Below, piece by piece: positions 49,881-64,000 of a stretch of 64,000 bases of DNA. Source of the stretch: Octopus sinensis. Lineage: Eukaryota. The translations under genes and the position numbers were made by a program. Under the pieces are notes generated by a model. The model worked only from the letters and a program-made list of their open reading frames with translations. It was not told the origin of the DNA and did no database searches. Numbering within the stretch: position 1 is the first letter of the stretch; every line of letters begins with the position of its first letter. Location of the stretch: NCBI RefSeq assembly GCF_006345805.1, contig NC_043005.1, forward strand, positions 60,140,001-60,204,000. Direction: 5' to 3'.

Positions 49881-50485
49881 TTTGATCTCATTTATATATT
49901 TTAAATCATGTTCACAGGCACATGTTCACAGACACATCACATATTTCATCTCACTATTTTAGCTTCTGAGTTTTTGTATATTTATTTATCCCCTCCCCCA
50001 AAATGAGCAATCATCTCTCCTCTCCCGAATAATAAAGATCACCAATTACCTGCTTTTTAGATTTTTTTACCTGTTGATTTATATCATTCACAAGCCCCTA
50101 TACAAAACATGACCTATGATCATTTTAGGAAAATGCTAAATTACAAAAATTTCAACTCTATAATTAGTGTAAGCAAAACCGGTCGACAAACACAATACGC
50201 TTTCCCTTATAAAACAAATTTTAGAATATATTAACACTTTGTGGGTTTTCTACATATATATATATATATATATAACTTTTGTATTACATATCACCACGTA
50301 GAGATAATCGAAATTATTCTCCCTATTTCTTTATATATATATATATGGAGAGAGAGATAGAGAGGTAGATAGATAGATAGGAAGGAAGGAAACAAATTAT
50401 CGCCACTATTTGTAATTGAAGGCGCTGAATAGCAACTGTATTGCAAGGAATAAGAGACGACGGACCCATCAGCAAAGCTAGGAAG

Positions 50486-50532
50486 ACTGGACTAGAACAG
50501 TTTCGTCAATGACGTGCAGACTTGTCAGTAGT
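50486..50532 (-). other. Degenerate type I hammerhead motif
   Basis: Minus strand: ACUA CUGACAA GUC [11 nt] GAC GAAAC UG UUC UA GUC CAGU; G8>A in the core and one stem I mismatch. Confidence 0.55.
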
Positions 50533-50578
50533 GTCTACTCTATTGCTCGGATGGTTTGGCTATATATAGGTTACGTTT

Positions 50579-50635
<57 letters not shown>

Positions 50636-51305
50636 TACATATATATTCCCCCGTCTTCCCTTCTATTGGAATTTCCTCTGTTTCCGAAGAAGAGCGTCTG
50701 CTAATATTTTACATGTACCACGTCCTCGTCTTGTGTTTTTTTGGGAGGATGGTGGGTAATCATGTGTTGAAACAGATACTGTCATTTTCGGAGATGGTCA
50801 TTTGGCATTTTTCCTTTCGCAAATAACCACACGCACTGTATATGTTGACATTATTGTACAACATATTTTTAAGAGAAAAAAAAACATAGTTAAATATGAA
50901 AAAAGTGCTTGGGCGGGGTGATACATAACCTGTGCACATACAAGGATAATTTTAAAATTTAATTTAATAAATGCTTTCTCAGACGAATTCATATTCCAAC
51001 CAGATCACATTAAGCGTTAATGTTTAACAAAAAAAAAACATTTTGATTCACCCTTCCGCCAGTGTTGGCGATAATCAAACCAAACTTTAATGATTTGGAG
51101 CCATCTGCCTATTGAGAATTTCTGCCTAATTTGGTGAAAATCCGTTCAACCGTTTACTAGTCATTTTGCCACCAGACAGACAAACATACGCTGACGAGCA
51201 ACGACATTAACCGTGCTCCCCTTATGCACGCAGGGTTAATGGGCAAGGGATTCTCAAAAAAAGTTCAGCAAACAAATCAGATATATTTCTCTAATATACA
51301 TGTGC

Positions 51306-51337
<32 letters not shown>

Positions 51338-51574
51338 GCGTTTGGATTGTACCTATTCATCTAGCCATTGAGCTATGTAGTTTGCTTGGAGGATGAGAAT
51401 GCCTATAGGTCATAGCGAATTGCGAATTAACCAGCGGTCATTATTCTTGTCAATAGCTTTCTAGAAATGACTTTCAGAATACATTGGGCATTAAACATAT
51501 ATATATATAAATAGATTATGAAATTAATCATAATAATGCCTTTTGAACAAGTTATAAACCAACACTTTTCAGCG

Positions 51575-51740
51575 GACAGTGTTAGTCATTTGTATCGACC
51601 CTTGGTCTAGACTATAATATTTTATTAACCCCTAAAACATGAAAGACAACACTACTCTCGGTGAAATTTGAATTTGATCTTATAAATTTAAGACCTTCCC
51701 AAAATACAACAAAGCATTTTATTCGACCCGCTAAAAATGC
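51575..51740 (-). mobile_element. Old SINE fragment
   Basis: Weak reverse-complement similarity to the SINE body (gtatcgacccttggt...catgaaagacaac...gaaatttgaatt). Confidence 0.5.
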
Positions 51741-52299
51741 TATTATCAGTACGTACATATATACACAGAGGGATAAAGAGAAACACACACACATTCATAC
51801 ATATATATGCATATGTATATATTTACCGATGTAACTATTTCTCTATCTATGTACCTGTCTACATATATATGTTTTTATATATACGCATGTGCATGTGTAT
51901 GTATATATATAAAGATTTTTTTCTATTACTGAGCGTTATACTAATACATCTATTTGTTTTCTACACCACATGCATTCGTCTTTTGTTTTTTTTGGAAACT
52001 ATCCCTATATATATCTATATGATGATGATGATACATATATACATACATACATATATACGTAGGTATGTAAGTCATTATTCAGTCTTATTTCAAGTTTTCT
52101 AGCCAATAAAGAGCCGGTTTCGAATTGGAATTTCAACACCAACGAAGTATTTTTGTATGTATTTATGAGTTCAGATTTGTATGGTTTGTTTTATGTATAT
52201 CTTCTCATGCATATACTTGCATATATTGACATGTCCATATATAATTACGTGTTAAGATACTTTCATATATATACATACATACACATGCACATAATGATA

Positions 52300-52670
52300 A
52301 TGGAAGTCTGTCGGGGTTCGACAAACACGTCAGCCACGCCGGAGGTCGGAGCGTAACCCAAAGGCGGACGCGTAGACGCGACCATATGTTGGGCACGTAA
52401 CAGCACAAGTAGGGTCGGGGATCCTCTCTTTTCGTGCTTGTCGCTTTCGGACAGCTGGGCGCCAGGCACCGCGGTCAGAGGCAATGGATTCCCAGCCACA
52501 GGCTGAAATGCCGCAGGCCTCAAGGGAAATCTTCAGGCTGTCCTTGTAACGCCTCAGTGACATTCCAGGGTTTCTTGCTCCGGAAGCCATCTCAGAGAAG
52601 ATCATCTCTGGTGGACGTGCGTCGTCCACTCGGACTACATCTCCAACCCACCGGCGCTGGGCCTTCATAC
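52300..52670 (-). mobile_element. RTE-clade LINE 3' fragment
   Basis: RWVGDVVRVDDARPPEMI..RRYKDSLK..WESIASDRGAWR..TCPTYGRVYASAFGLRSDLR (decayed C2H2 tail). Confidence 0.85.
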
Positions 52671-52856
52671 ATACTTACATACATAAATACATACATGCAT
52701 ACATAAATACATACATACATACATACATACATAAATGCATACAAACATACATACATACATACGTGCATACGAACTATAAGTTTGGATTTCGAAAAATACA
52801 GATGTACGTATTTTATATACATGGACATACAATGTATGTTATTGTATACATACATG

Positions 52857-52887
<31 letters not shown>

Positions 52888-52889
52888 AG

Positions 52890-54020
52890 TTTCTGTGACT
52901 TTAATTTAAATCCTAGAGAGTTCAAGCCCGTCGATAACAAAGCAACTAGACTTCTTGAGTTTTCCGGTGTTTTAATTACGTTGATTTGGTTTACTGATTG
53001 AACTGTCAAGGTATACACCCATGCGTGTGTATCTAATCACATAAGAATTTCACATGGAGAAGTTTTCGAATGTCTTGCAGAACTTCACGGTGCCGCTAGT
53101 AGAGTGGATTTTTGAGAATCCGCCCCAGTTTCCTTTGCTCTTTCTGTGAAGCCTTGTATATCTCGGTTTTTGTGTAACTTTGTTGGTATATAATCTAACG
53201 CACCTATGATGATTCGTACAAGCGTGAATTCATAGTCAGAGTGCAAGAGCTGTAAGTTCGGGATGAATATGCAATAAATGTTCTCTTTTTCCTGGATTTT
53301 GATTGTACACCCATATCTGCTGAAGTGCTCACTTCTGCAACAGTACACTGCTTTTGTTCCCAGTCCCACACAACTACATCAGGTCTGTCACGGTTGAACC
53401 TAAGTGATGCCATTATTGGACTCTCCCACAAGTATTCCCTAATTTTAAAGGTGTAAATATCTGTTGGTTCTCATATGCCTTTGGTGTATACATCAGCACA
53501 GTTCTTCCTGCGGATTGCATTGTAAATAGTCTTTGCAACTATATCATGCTTCAAGGAATGTAGTATCTCGTAGACATTTGGGGGCATCTGCTGATGATGT
53601 GGGTCATATTTTCTACACTGGTATAACAGGTTTGACATTTTCTCTCACGATGCGGAGGTCAGGTGATATCTTTATCTCTCTCGTCTATCAGGTATTTAGT
53701 AGCTACCTCCCGTTTCTGAGTAGGGAAGGCGTATCCTTCCAGGTGGGATGTAATGCATTTATTGAAGGTCCAGAAGTGGATGCTCTTCCTTTCAATGCTG
53801 TTGTTGCCCTCTTGCTTACGGGTTATGTACCCATTCATTCATTTTTGTTGATATGATGCCTGCTTCGCCGCCAAACTTCTGTCTAGGTAGGGCAGACCAG
53901 CCTGCTTTGGGGCATATGTGCCAATCGTATCGTATTCTCAGAGTACATGCACTCTAGTTCTCCAACTCTGAAGATGTTGCTGGTCTCGCTTTTGAATATG
54001 CTTGGAATATACTCATTTCT
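52890..54020 (-). mobile_element. R4/Dong-like LINE 3' fragment (CCHC + restriction-like endonuclease)
   Basis: TSHLEGYAF..EVATKYL; KCQTCYTSVENMTHIISRCP; HDIVAK; RPDVVVWDWEQKQCTVAEVS; EKENIY; IIIGAL; GTVKFCKTF. Confidence 0.85.
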
Positions 54021-55696
54021 TTCTTTACTGTTTAGCAATGCATGTATGCTTGTGTGTATGTGTGTATGTATATATGTATGTAAGTATATATATATATATA
54101 TATATATGCATGTAGACATGTATTTAGGTATGCATATATGTATGTATATATTTTCGTCGCTTAGCTTTGCTTATCTGCATCAAAACAAAATTTTCATAAG
54201 AAATTTATTCGCAATTATTGAAAGTGTGGACAACACTATTTTATATAAAAAAATTAATTCAATAGACTCTTTCTCTAATTTGTCTCTCGCCGAAAATAAA
54301 TCAACTCAACTTTCAAACTATTTAAGCGTTTCTAAATACTTCAATTTCTGTTTAAAATATCAAACAATGGCGTGAGGACAAACACTATGTAATATTCCAT
54401 CATTCTATGATGAGATTGAAGATGCCATTAACTATTTTTCTAGCTGCCAAACTATTCTCATAGCCAAGAGTTTTGAGGTATATTTCAACAGAAAACTTTA
54501 GGTGGTTACATAACTTCTAATATTTAACTTGTATTTGAAAGCAATAACAATATAACATTTAGCCTGAAAGTTATTGCAGATTTGAGACGTAGACAGAGGC
54601 ATGTCATTAAATATCGGTTGTAGTAGAATGATGAATCGGAATTATTCTGTCTCGACACTATTAAATTTCAGTCCACATGTATCTTACTTTATTTGTGAAG
54701 ATGCAATGTATTTGAAAATATTTCTTTTAGACTACATACAAAAAAAAGTAATAATAATAATAACACACTTTAAATGAATCGTTTAAACTAATTTGTATTC
54801 ATGATAGTATAGTGATTTTTTTGAGATCCATGAAAGGAAATAAAGAAAAAGAAATTAAAAACATGAGGAGAAATAGGGCATCACAAAATATCAGAAAGTT
54901 TCTAATACTAACAATGAAAGTAAGTATTAATTTAGGAGAAAGAATTTACCGCTGTGTGCAGCTTTATAAATTAAGTAGGATGAAAGAAATACTATAATTG
55001 CCTGCGTTATTTGCAATATAGCCATCAGTAATTCTTTCATAGACGGTTTGTCAGAGAGTAGAGGCGTGTTTTCAATATAAGTGACAAATGAATCTCTATT
55101 ACTAATGACAAGCAGACAATTTGTCATACATATGAAATCACTTGACATGTAATATCTCATACTCATCAAGACTGGAATTGACAAAAAGAAACTAATCTGA
55201 TATTTTCATCTGCTGCATTGTTGATACTTACAAATAATATGTGGTTGTCCAATTAAGAAATGCTTGAAAGTTGTACATACTTTTGGCAATAACAAAATAC
55301 AGTTATGATATATGTAAGATAATCTGAAACAGTAAGAGCGGAATATGTTTCGCATAAAAAATTTTAGCGACGCAATAAAAAAAGTGGACGTATTTTTTTT
55401 TTCCATACGGTATAAATTGAAGATTTCATTGTATTTCGCTTATTATACTAAACTATTTTGACAAGATTTTTATCATTTTGTAACACGAGAACTTACTGGT
55501 TATCATAAATGCAGTATTGTTTTTTAATGCAGCTATATTATCGGATATGAAGTGTTCAGGTACTATCTGGCAATTGAATCTTCGTGATTGTTGGGTCGTG
55601 TATCGAGAGATACGTAAGGCCAAACGATTACTGCGCTGTCTGAACACAAAACTTAAAGTATATTATGTTTAACTCCTGTATTTATATGCACACACA

Positions 55697-55733
<37 letters not shown>

Positions 55734-58700
55734 CTAAGCGTTATATAAGTGTACTTTTCTGACGAGCAGCTGATTTCTAGTTCAGCCCCCACATATGAGA
55801 TAATTTGGTCATTTGACATCTGCCCCAACTATGATTGCGCCGATGAATGCTGAATGAATTTAGTAACTGGAAACCTTTCGGAAGCCTTTTGTGTATGTTT
55901 ATATGTAAGTTTAACTGCTGGTCTATCTTTGTATTTTCTCACACTGATTTACAACAGCTGTTAGTGTATTTATGTTGTGGTAGTTTATCGGCGACAGAAA
56001 TTGATGGAACATTACTGGAGTTAAAATAATTACTGGTATCGATTTTATCGACTAACATTTATCACGCTCGTGCCTCATCATTGCTGCAGTCCAAAAACGT
56101 AGGAGAGAGTAAAACAAGATATGTTTTTTTGTATACCCTGTTCGGAAATAGTTATGTGTATACAGACTCTAAAGAATTATGCACCGCTTATGCGAAAACA
56201 TTGAATTAGTTGACACCGTTATTCTGCTATTCCCTTACTACCTATTGTTCTGTCAGAGAACTTAGTGTTATAATGCACGAAGAGTCTTATGATAACTAGC
56301 ATATTTTATTCCGCCGTATGAGACACAAATCTTGATGAAGAAACTGGAAAATGCGTGGGGGAATTCATTAGGTACTATGTCCTTCAATTCTGTAAACTTT
56401 AATATCATAAATGACGGTTGTGTTGGAGATTCTGTAACAACGTTTGGAAAGTGTTAATCAATCATTGTTATTTGTTAGTTACTTATATTGCTTAGTTACA
56501 TTCTGAAGAAAATATAACGTATAATTTGAGCAAAATTGCAGTTTAGCAAATAGAAGGTCGGATTACATGAATTACAACATACATATGTATTCGATTGTGC
56601 GTGTATTTCTGTTGGTGTTCATGCTCACATACATATACATTCTGTGTATGTGTGTGTCTGTGTGTGTGTGTGTGTGTGTACGTGCGAGCGTGTATATCTG
56701 AAAGTGTAACGTGAACGGTCTAGCTCGTATTTAAAGTTTTATTTCTTTAAAACAGCATTTGGTACCTAGCGATTTTTACCCAGCACTTTACAAGCTCTGT
56801 AACCGATTGTATTTGAGAAGAGTCCATTATAGAGTATAGTGCAGTACTCGGTGGTGATATTTCGCCCATATCCACCCAGTCGGCCTCCACAGTTTATATA
56901 GTTCCATTATTAACCCAACATAAAATCGTTTCCTAAAATAATATGTGGTAGCCTGAGGTAGAACCACTGCTTATTTTCCAATGACAGTGTCTACAAATCG
57001 TGTACCAAAATTTGAAACCAGCATCTGCAAAACCCATTATTATCTCTTGTTCCTCGATTTTCTCAGTTTTGTAAGTACCTTGAGAAATTCATATAGTGCT
57101 ATTCATGTAGGGAGATATTTAAAATCTGAGCTATTTTCATTTTCATATTGTTATAAGTGGGGATGGCCATATTTCATGTCAGCGTCATTATTACTATTAT
57201 TCTTTTAGTGTTCATTGTCAAAGACCTTTCATCACTCATCTTAAAATATTTCGTCACAGTATGTGTGACGAGAGATTTAAAAGAAAGGACACTAAAATAA
57301 GAATAATAATAAAGCTGTAGTGAAGACCAAGTATATTATGCGTGTGCTTAGTTAGCAAAAATATGATTATCCCCAAATCTGTTTCAACACTCGATTTCGC
57401 ATTCCTGCAAAGCAAATTTATTTCCATTTTAAAATTTTCGTCTTCTTTTTCTTTTCTTTATTTTCACATAGAATAAAATTAATTCTATTATCTCATTTCA
57501 CACAATGCTATATTGTAGTATATCCAAGAAAATTGCTTTTCGTTTTATTATGTTATTTGTTGCAAAACGTGTGAAGCTAACGTTTTGGCCTATAACCCTC
57601 TGTCAGCGTATTATAGCCAATATTGTCAGCCTTTTCCTGTATCCACGACAGGCTAATTTAATGGTAACTAGACATCAAACACTTTTGAATATATTATTGC
57701 CATTGTTGCCGACGGAGACCCTTTAAAGATTCCTCAAATTTCCCATCTGGGCCATATTCTACTTAACCTTTCTATATCATATTATACTATGCAATACCAT
57801 ACTATGAAAAGTTGATTTCCATTTTGCAATGAACATTTCCGTCATTGATTTATTATCTCCTATTATAATGTTGGCAATAGGTATATCGATCAATAGCATC
57901 AATCATTCTCATTAGCTATTTCCCTGCTTCCAATAGCAGACAATCAATAAATATCCATCCACATGATGTTTCTTAATTTAGATCTGACAACAAAGTTCTC
58001 ATGGCACACATTCTTCTTCGCTGCAAAAACTCATCATTGTCATGACACTACTTCCGTTTCAGTATTACCTCGTAATGTTTCTACGTATTGCGCTTTCAAT
58101 CATTTTCGCCTTCCCAATTGTTGTTATTTAAAAGCAACCTGTACATATACGCATATGTACAAATACGGATACACACAAATCCATAGGTACACAAGATTTT
58201 ACACTCTTACATGTTCATTCGTGCATATACGCGCGAGCAGGCGCATGTGTGTAAACGTCTCCAATTCACACGACGTACATATATGTGCACATATTATTAG
58301 CTCTTGTAGTAGTAGCTATAGTTCCAACGTTCAAATAATAATAAATATATTAATTAATTAAGCTAGCAATTAAGTAATTAAATTGTATTACAACTCTGTA
58401 CACTGGAAAAGTCATAGGAATATATCGTGCGAACAAAGGTATATAATAAACCAGTTTGTCTTAAACTATTCAGAAAAGACGTGTTTTCATTCTGTCCCGA
58501 AGTAACATATTATCAGGTGACAATGATTTTAGAAAAACCTTAAAAGCTACAGCAAATGAATGTTTGGTGTCGGAGCAGAAAGAGAAATCATTGAATTAAA
58601 CCTGAGGTTCTGCGAAGCAAAGGTTGCAGGAAAAAGCTTAATTGTTCTTCAAGCGTTTGGATGCACACAAAGGCAAATGTTTATACAATAGAAAATATTT

Positions 58701-60218
58701 TTGATTTCATTTGAAAATTGATGGGTAAACATTGATCTTCAATTAATGATCGTTCAACGTGTTCACGTTTGAGTTGCAGTCTTCTAACAAGGCGAACACA
58801 AATATTAGCCATTACATGCAAGTTTCTCTATTATGCATTGTCCCTTCGTGGATCCATATAGATGGCTACCATGACATCACAGTACACATCACGATTGGAA
58901 CATCATCATGCAAGGAATTACCATACGACAGCATTATACGTCTGCTTCTTGATAACGTGTCAACCATGAATTGTTTCTTAGGTAAACACATTTACAATAA
59001 AATGAGGTCAACTCAAATTTTGTGTGGCAGTTTCGTTACACAGAAAATATGGAGAAGCTAAGTATATTGAATGTTATTTACTTATAACTGGAGATCAGCA
59101 CCAACGCTCGATTTCATACTGTCAGCTGATACTTAAGCTTCTTTAGCCCTCGACCAGGGTCTTAAGCTGGAATTATAAATCGATACCATAAGGTATCGGA
59201 GAATAATTTTTCATTCACTTGACACTGATAGATACTGACGCCCATCCACTAGCATGCAGCTAACTAATTTATAAAGATAACAATTGGCATAGTGGTGCAA
59301 GGCAAAGCAGAAGAGCGGCTCAAATATAGAGCCTGCACTGAATCGTAATCATAATCCTTGCAACATTTACGGGCTTCTTTGCAAAACATTGGCGGGACTC
59401 ATGTTACATTCAGCATAAGTATTATGAAGGATAAAAAATATGTACGTTGTCGGATCGTCCTACAGACTGGAGAATACACCATATTTATGTACACACACGC
59501 ACATATGTATATATACATACATACATACGTACATACATATGAATGTATATATGGATATAATTTCATACATATATATATACGCGCGGACGGGGTGGGGGTA
59601 TATATGTGCGTGTGTATGTATACACATGATAGAAGAAGGAAAACATCTATATACTTATCTATCCATTGGATATCTTTATATTTTGCTGCAACTGGACTTA
59701 TGGTGCATATCTTCGAAGCTAGTATTCAAGACGCATCGCATAAAGGCAATGTTCACACACACACACACACACACATACACACACATACACAATCAAACAC
59801 ACAAATACATACACACACTCACACACAAACTGACACACACACACACACATATATATATTTGCAGATACAGATATCCACACTGGAATCTTCTCAACTGAAG
59901 GGCTCTTTGAGTGTAAACAATTCCACTTGTTACAATTTGCGTTCAAAACGACTTAGTGATTATTTTTGAATCTCTAAGAACTTCTGCGAAAGGAGACTGA
60001 AAATTAGATTGACAGATACGTACATATAAGCAAACATAGATATAGGTAAACCGGCAGGCATTCCCAGAAACCACTTTTGGAATACAGAATTATACGTACT
60101 CATTTGCATGCGAAGCAGTATACGTACACAAATAACAAGTACCTTGATATATTTGAGGTTGGGACAAGAAAGAAATAGTTGGCTGTGGGTCAAGTATTGA
60201 AGATCACAAATAAACGGG

Positions 60219-60255
<37 letters not shown>

Positions 60256-60654
60256 CTATACAGATAGACATACAGATGCATATTATATAGAATGATGAAA
60301 ATGGAGGAGAGAATACAATAATGCATAAACTAAAATGACGTTGTTTTTATTAGCAATAATCGAACAAATATATCCACACGTTTGAACATCACTGGAAACA
60401 TGCATATGAATATCATAGGCAAATACACTATACCCAATATACCATACAGCACAAATTCTCGTTGGTCATTTTTTATTGATTAATGAAATCACCTAGACAA
60501 TGAATATGTTAATTTTTTTAATTTTTCAATCTCTCAATAACCTTTGCCTGCTGGAGACAGCTTAGGGCAAGTGGTATGCCGTCGACCATTTTAAAGTCAG
60601 AAACAGGTACCAATAACTAATTCTTTTGTTTGAATTCCATCTTTTATTCGGTTC

Positions 60655-60970
60655 AGGAATTTGGCTGCGGTCATGCTGGCACACCGGCTTGAAGGGTTTT
60701 AGCCGAACAAATCGATCTAGGACTTATTTTTGAAAACCTAGTATATATCCTATCGCCCCATTTGCCGAATCACTAGATTAGGGGATGTAAAGACACCAAC
60801 ACCAGTTGTCAAGTAGGGGTGGGAGACAATCACTGTCTAAAAGACACGCAGAAACATAGATGACGGGTTTCTTTAAGGGATCATCTACCAAATCCACTCA
60901 CAAAGGTTCGGTCAGCTTGAGGCGATAGTAGATAAAAGTTACCCAAGGTGCTACGATGGGGTCTGAACAC
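60655..60970 (-). mobile_element. SINE of the 7977 family
   Basis: Reverse complement of 8040-8345 (ctgcggtcatgctggcacacc...taccaaatccactcacaaagg). Confidence 0.75.
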
Positions 60971-61456
60971 TGAAGTATACACCTATCTGTAAATATTGTT
61001 CATATATATACTACTGGCGACTGAGTTATGTTTCTGTGCTCATTTGATGTATATAAACATAGACACTCACATATAAACACACAAAAACACACACACGCAC
61101 ATAAAATAATTATTTCTAAATCTCTGAACGAGAGTCATTCAGTAACAGTATTCTAGAGTAAATATTATTTGCCAACATAATGTGGAAGTCCTGGATAGGA
61201 CAACAGGGGCTAAATAACAGTAGCAATCCTCCTAACCACGACTGGCACATTATGTTGGCAAACAATTTCAGTTATATATATATATATATATCCATAGATA
61301 CATAGATATATATATTATATTTATATATATACATTATATATCATATGCATATATTATACATTATATATATGTATATATAATAATAATATGTGGGAATATT
61401 ATTCCAAACTTACAGGGAAAAATTCAATTCAGAAATGCTAAATCAAATTTCACAAA

Positions 61457-61513
<57 letters not shown>

Positions 61514-61563
61514 CAATGTGTTTGGAGGTCATATCACCCGGGCAACACCAGGATGCATTACTA

Positions 61564-61611
<48 letters not shown>

Positions 61612-61699
61612 TATGTAGTAACGATTCAGCAAGTAGAGAACCAGAAATTTTGTTTATTACTGCTTTGTAATGTATCCTATTCGAAATACCAATTTAATT

Positions 61700-62170
61700 C
61701 GCCAATTTATCAAGCACAGAAAAAGACCGATTGTCTCTCTCCTTTTGAGCAGAGAACCTTTAAAGAAGAGCCGCTGGTAAAAAAAAAACAAGAAGAATAA
61801 ATAAGGGAGATAATCAACGTTACAATAATTCAATGTCAAGAGGACGTAAACAAAATGTTTATCGAGGTGCTCTACTTTTAAATTCGAATAAGATGTATTC
61901 CTTGAAATGCAGTCGTACAGAAAATTCCCTTTCTTGGAATTTATGTATTCGTTTGGTATTCTCAAGCCTTTTAAGAGATTTATTTTTCAAAAGAACATGC
62001 TAAACATTTCATGACCCGTTAATAGAATGTCTAGTGTTGAAGTGGACGAGTTTCGACATCAAATGGAGAATCCTCTCCAACACCAGATTGAATAATAACG
62101 GATCCAAACAATGTTCAGTATCTTTTCTTGGAAATGTTTTTCCAATTTGAATGAGCGTTTCTTTTGCATA
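61700..62170 (+). mobile_element. Highly decayed Penelope-like GIY-YIG C-terminal region
   Basis: FDIKWRILSNTRLNNNGSKQCS resembles the W.I....Y..GSK.C.LC tail of some PLE endonucleases. Confidence 0.35.
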
Positions 62171-62798
62171 ATTACCAATATGTTCAATAGTAAAGTATTT
62201 TCAAAACGTCAGTGAATGACAAAATGTTCATCCAGGTGTACATTATGGAACAATTGCACGCAGATCAAAATGCAAAACAACATTTCTTCCGACTCCTTTC
62301 GGTCTGTGTTCAAATTCCACGAAAAAAAATCTTTGATCTTAATCCTATCGGAGACGATGAAATAAGCACCAGTAGAACCCTGTGGTCGATGTAACGAGCA
62401 CCTTTCTCCAAAGTTTCACTGTTTGTGTCTGTAGAGGAAAGGGTTATATTTAGCCAAGATCTAGTGGCGAGGCTGTACAATATATAACATCTCAGACCAA
62501 AGTTTATGTAAGTGGCACGGCTGTTAAGTGTCACGGCTGTCATAGCACCTTGCCAGTAATATTGCTTGATTTTGGCACATACAATTTATAAGGTATTCTG
62601 TTCATATATTACAGTAGTTTGTGTCTACTAATGAAAACAATATTAAAGTTAGTTGAAGTCAGAAAGCGAATGTTAAATATCTTGGGCAAAAACAACCAAG
62701 TAATATCGTTAGTGGGCTATGAAGCATGAAGACTTCGACCAATAGTCATCTGCGCAGCCAAAAGATTTAAACAAATGTTGAGGCTGGAAAAGGAGAAT

Positions 62799-62839
<41 letters not shown>

Positions 62840-63065
62840 AATAGAGCAAGAGAGAGGAGAAAGAGAGAGGGAGAGCTGTGGAAGATAGGAAAGAAAAATT
62901 ACAACAGCGCAGGAAGGAGCATGAAAGAGAGCAAGGAAGAATACAAGAATTAAAGAAGGGATGAAATGAAGGAGGAGAAAAGAAATGAGTTAGCTTCAAA
63001 GATTAAAAAGAACTAATGGAGTAAATGAAGCAGATATAGATATAGACAGTAAGAAAATTTATATC

Positions 63066-63121
<56 letters not shown>

Positions 63122-64000
63122 GACACACATACATATATATATACATATATGTATGTATTGTTTACGTATATATATATATACCTACATATATATATACATA
63201 TATATATATAGACATATATATATATATTAATAGATATAGATACATATACATAGAAATGTATATACATAGATGTATGTGTGATACATACGTGCATTATTGT
63301 ATGTATATATGTATGCATATCTGTGTTTATATTAAAGTGCAGGACAACACAGCTAATTTGGATTTATAGAGCGATAAAAACCATTGAAAGGAAGTGCAAT
63401 GATGTAAATCGAGAAGGAAAATAGAGAGAGAATTGAAGGTTCTTGAGGAAGACAATTAAAATTGTGGACGGATCAGGAGGGGAAAAGTGTAAGCGAGAGA
63501 TAGACAGTGTTCACGTGTGGGAGATGAAAGAGAGTATATATAGAGAGCAAAAAGGAAAAGGTGAAATATATAGAATAAAAGAGAATTAACGTCTTGAGGA
63601 AACACTTCTGATTGAAAGCGTAAAGGGAAAGATTGTCTGGAAATGAAAATGGACAAGACAGAAAGATAATATGTATGAAAGTATTTGTGTGAGGAAAATG
63701 CGGTCAAGTAAAACAGAGAAAAATATACAAAGATCTTGAGGAAGATCACTGAAAGGCATACACGTATTGGAAATATAATGATTTTACTTGTTCATACCTT
63801 CAATCTCTCTTTAATTTCAACATAAACTCTCTCCCACAGAAATACAAGCAGTCACACCTGCAAACATGCATACATTCAGGTACACAGATGTATGCATATA
63901 CAGATATACACAATCGTAGCAGATTCACTACTCGTTCACAAATGTACTTTGGCAGACACACGCACACAGAAATGTAATCCATTACTGCTGTCATGGGTAA

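Noticed and set aside
51030-51240. Helentron/DINE-like non-autonomous element
   Set aside because: Only a general resemblance (gaaaatccgttcaaccgttt...cagacagacaaac, 3' hairpin); the termini could not be defined.
54984-55160. Tyrosine-kinase alphaD-alphaE-like peptide (SFVTYIE...SMKELLMAILQITQ) on the - strand
   Set aside because: No HRD or DFG exon was found and there is no canonical donor; the resemblance is superficial.
55533-55613. Phase 1-1 open segment ILSDMKCSGTIWQLNLRDCWVVYREI with strong splice sites
   Set aside because: No homology is recognisable and it cannot be linked to a gene without RNA data.
58780-58981. 67-codon splice-bounded segment (BACK-like ELPYDSIIRLL) or antisense gypsy-like VDTLSR
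   Set aside because: The two interpretations conflict and both are weak.
63430-63750. tcttgaggaa motif recurring at about 145-150-bp spacing as a satellite
   Set aside because: Only 10-25 bp match; the intervening purine-rich sequence does not align.

Overview
AT-rich, microsatellite-saturated eukaryotic DNA. The repeat families resemble those I recall from coleoid cephalopods (Octopus-like); that assignment is an inference. I cannot build a complete protein-coding gene. Most of the supplied ORFs are (TA)n/(CA)n artefacts or dead transposon fragments. Supported content: a degenerate L1/Tx1-type LINE (APE + RT); RTE and R4/Dong LINE 3' fragments; four or five Penelope-like (PLE) RT/GIY-YIG remnants; one full-length mariner (1291 bp, TA TSD, D,D34D) and one internally deleted mariner; an internally deleted Chapaev-like transposon; many tRNA-derived SINEs (one with a 14-bp TSD, two dimers, one chimera); two long foldback elements; and a few weak candidate host exons, two of them F-BAR-like. 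The most notable signal is a type I hammerhead ribozyme at 28683-28765 (- strand) with a complete catalytic core and an extended stem I. It lies in a cluster of hammerhead-like motifs, with further near-intact or decayed copies at 23.9, 10.6 and 50.5 kb. Together with the PLE remnants this suggests a hammerhead-bearing, PLE-mobilised short retroelement family (retrozyme-like). All alignments were done by eye; no database searches or folding programs were run.
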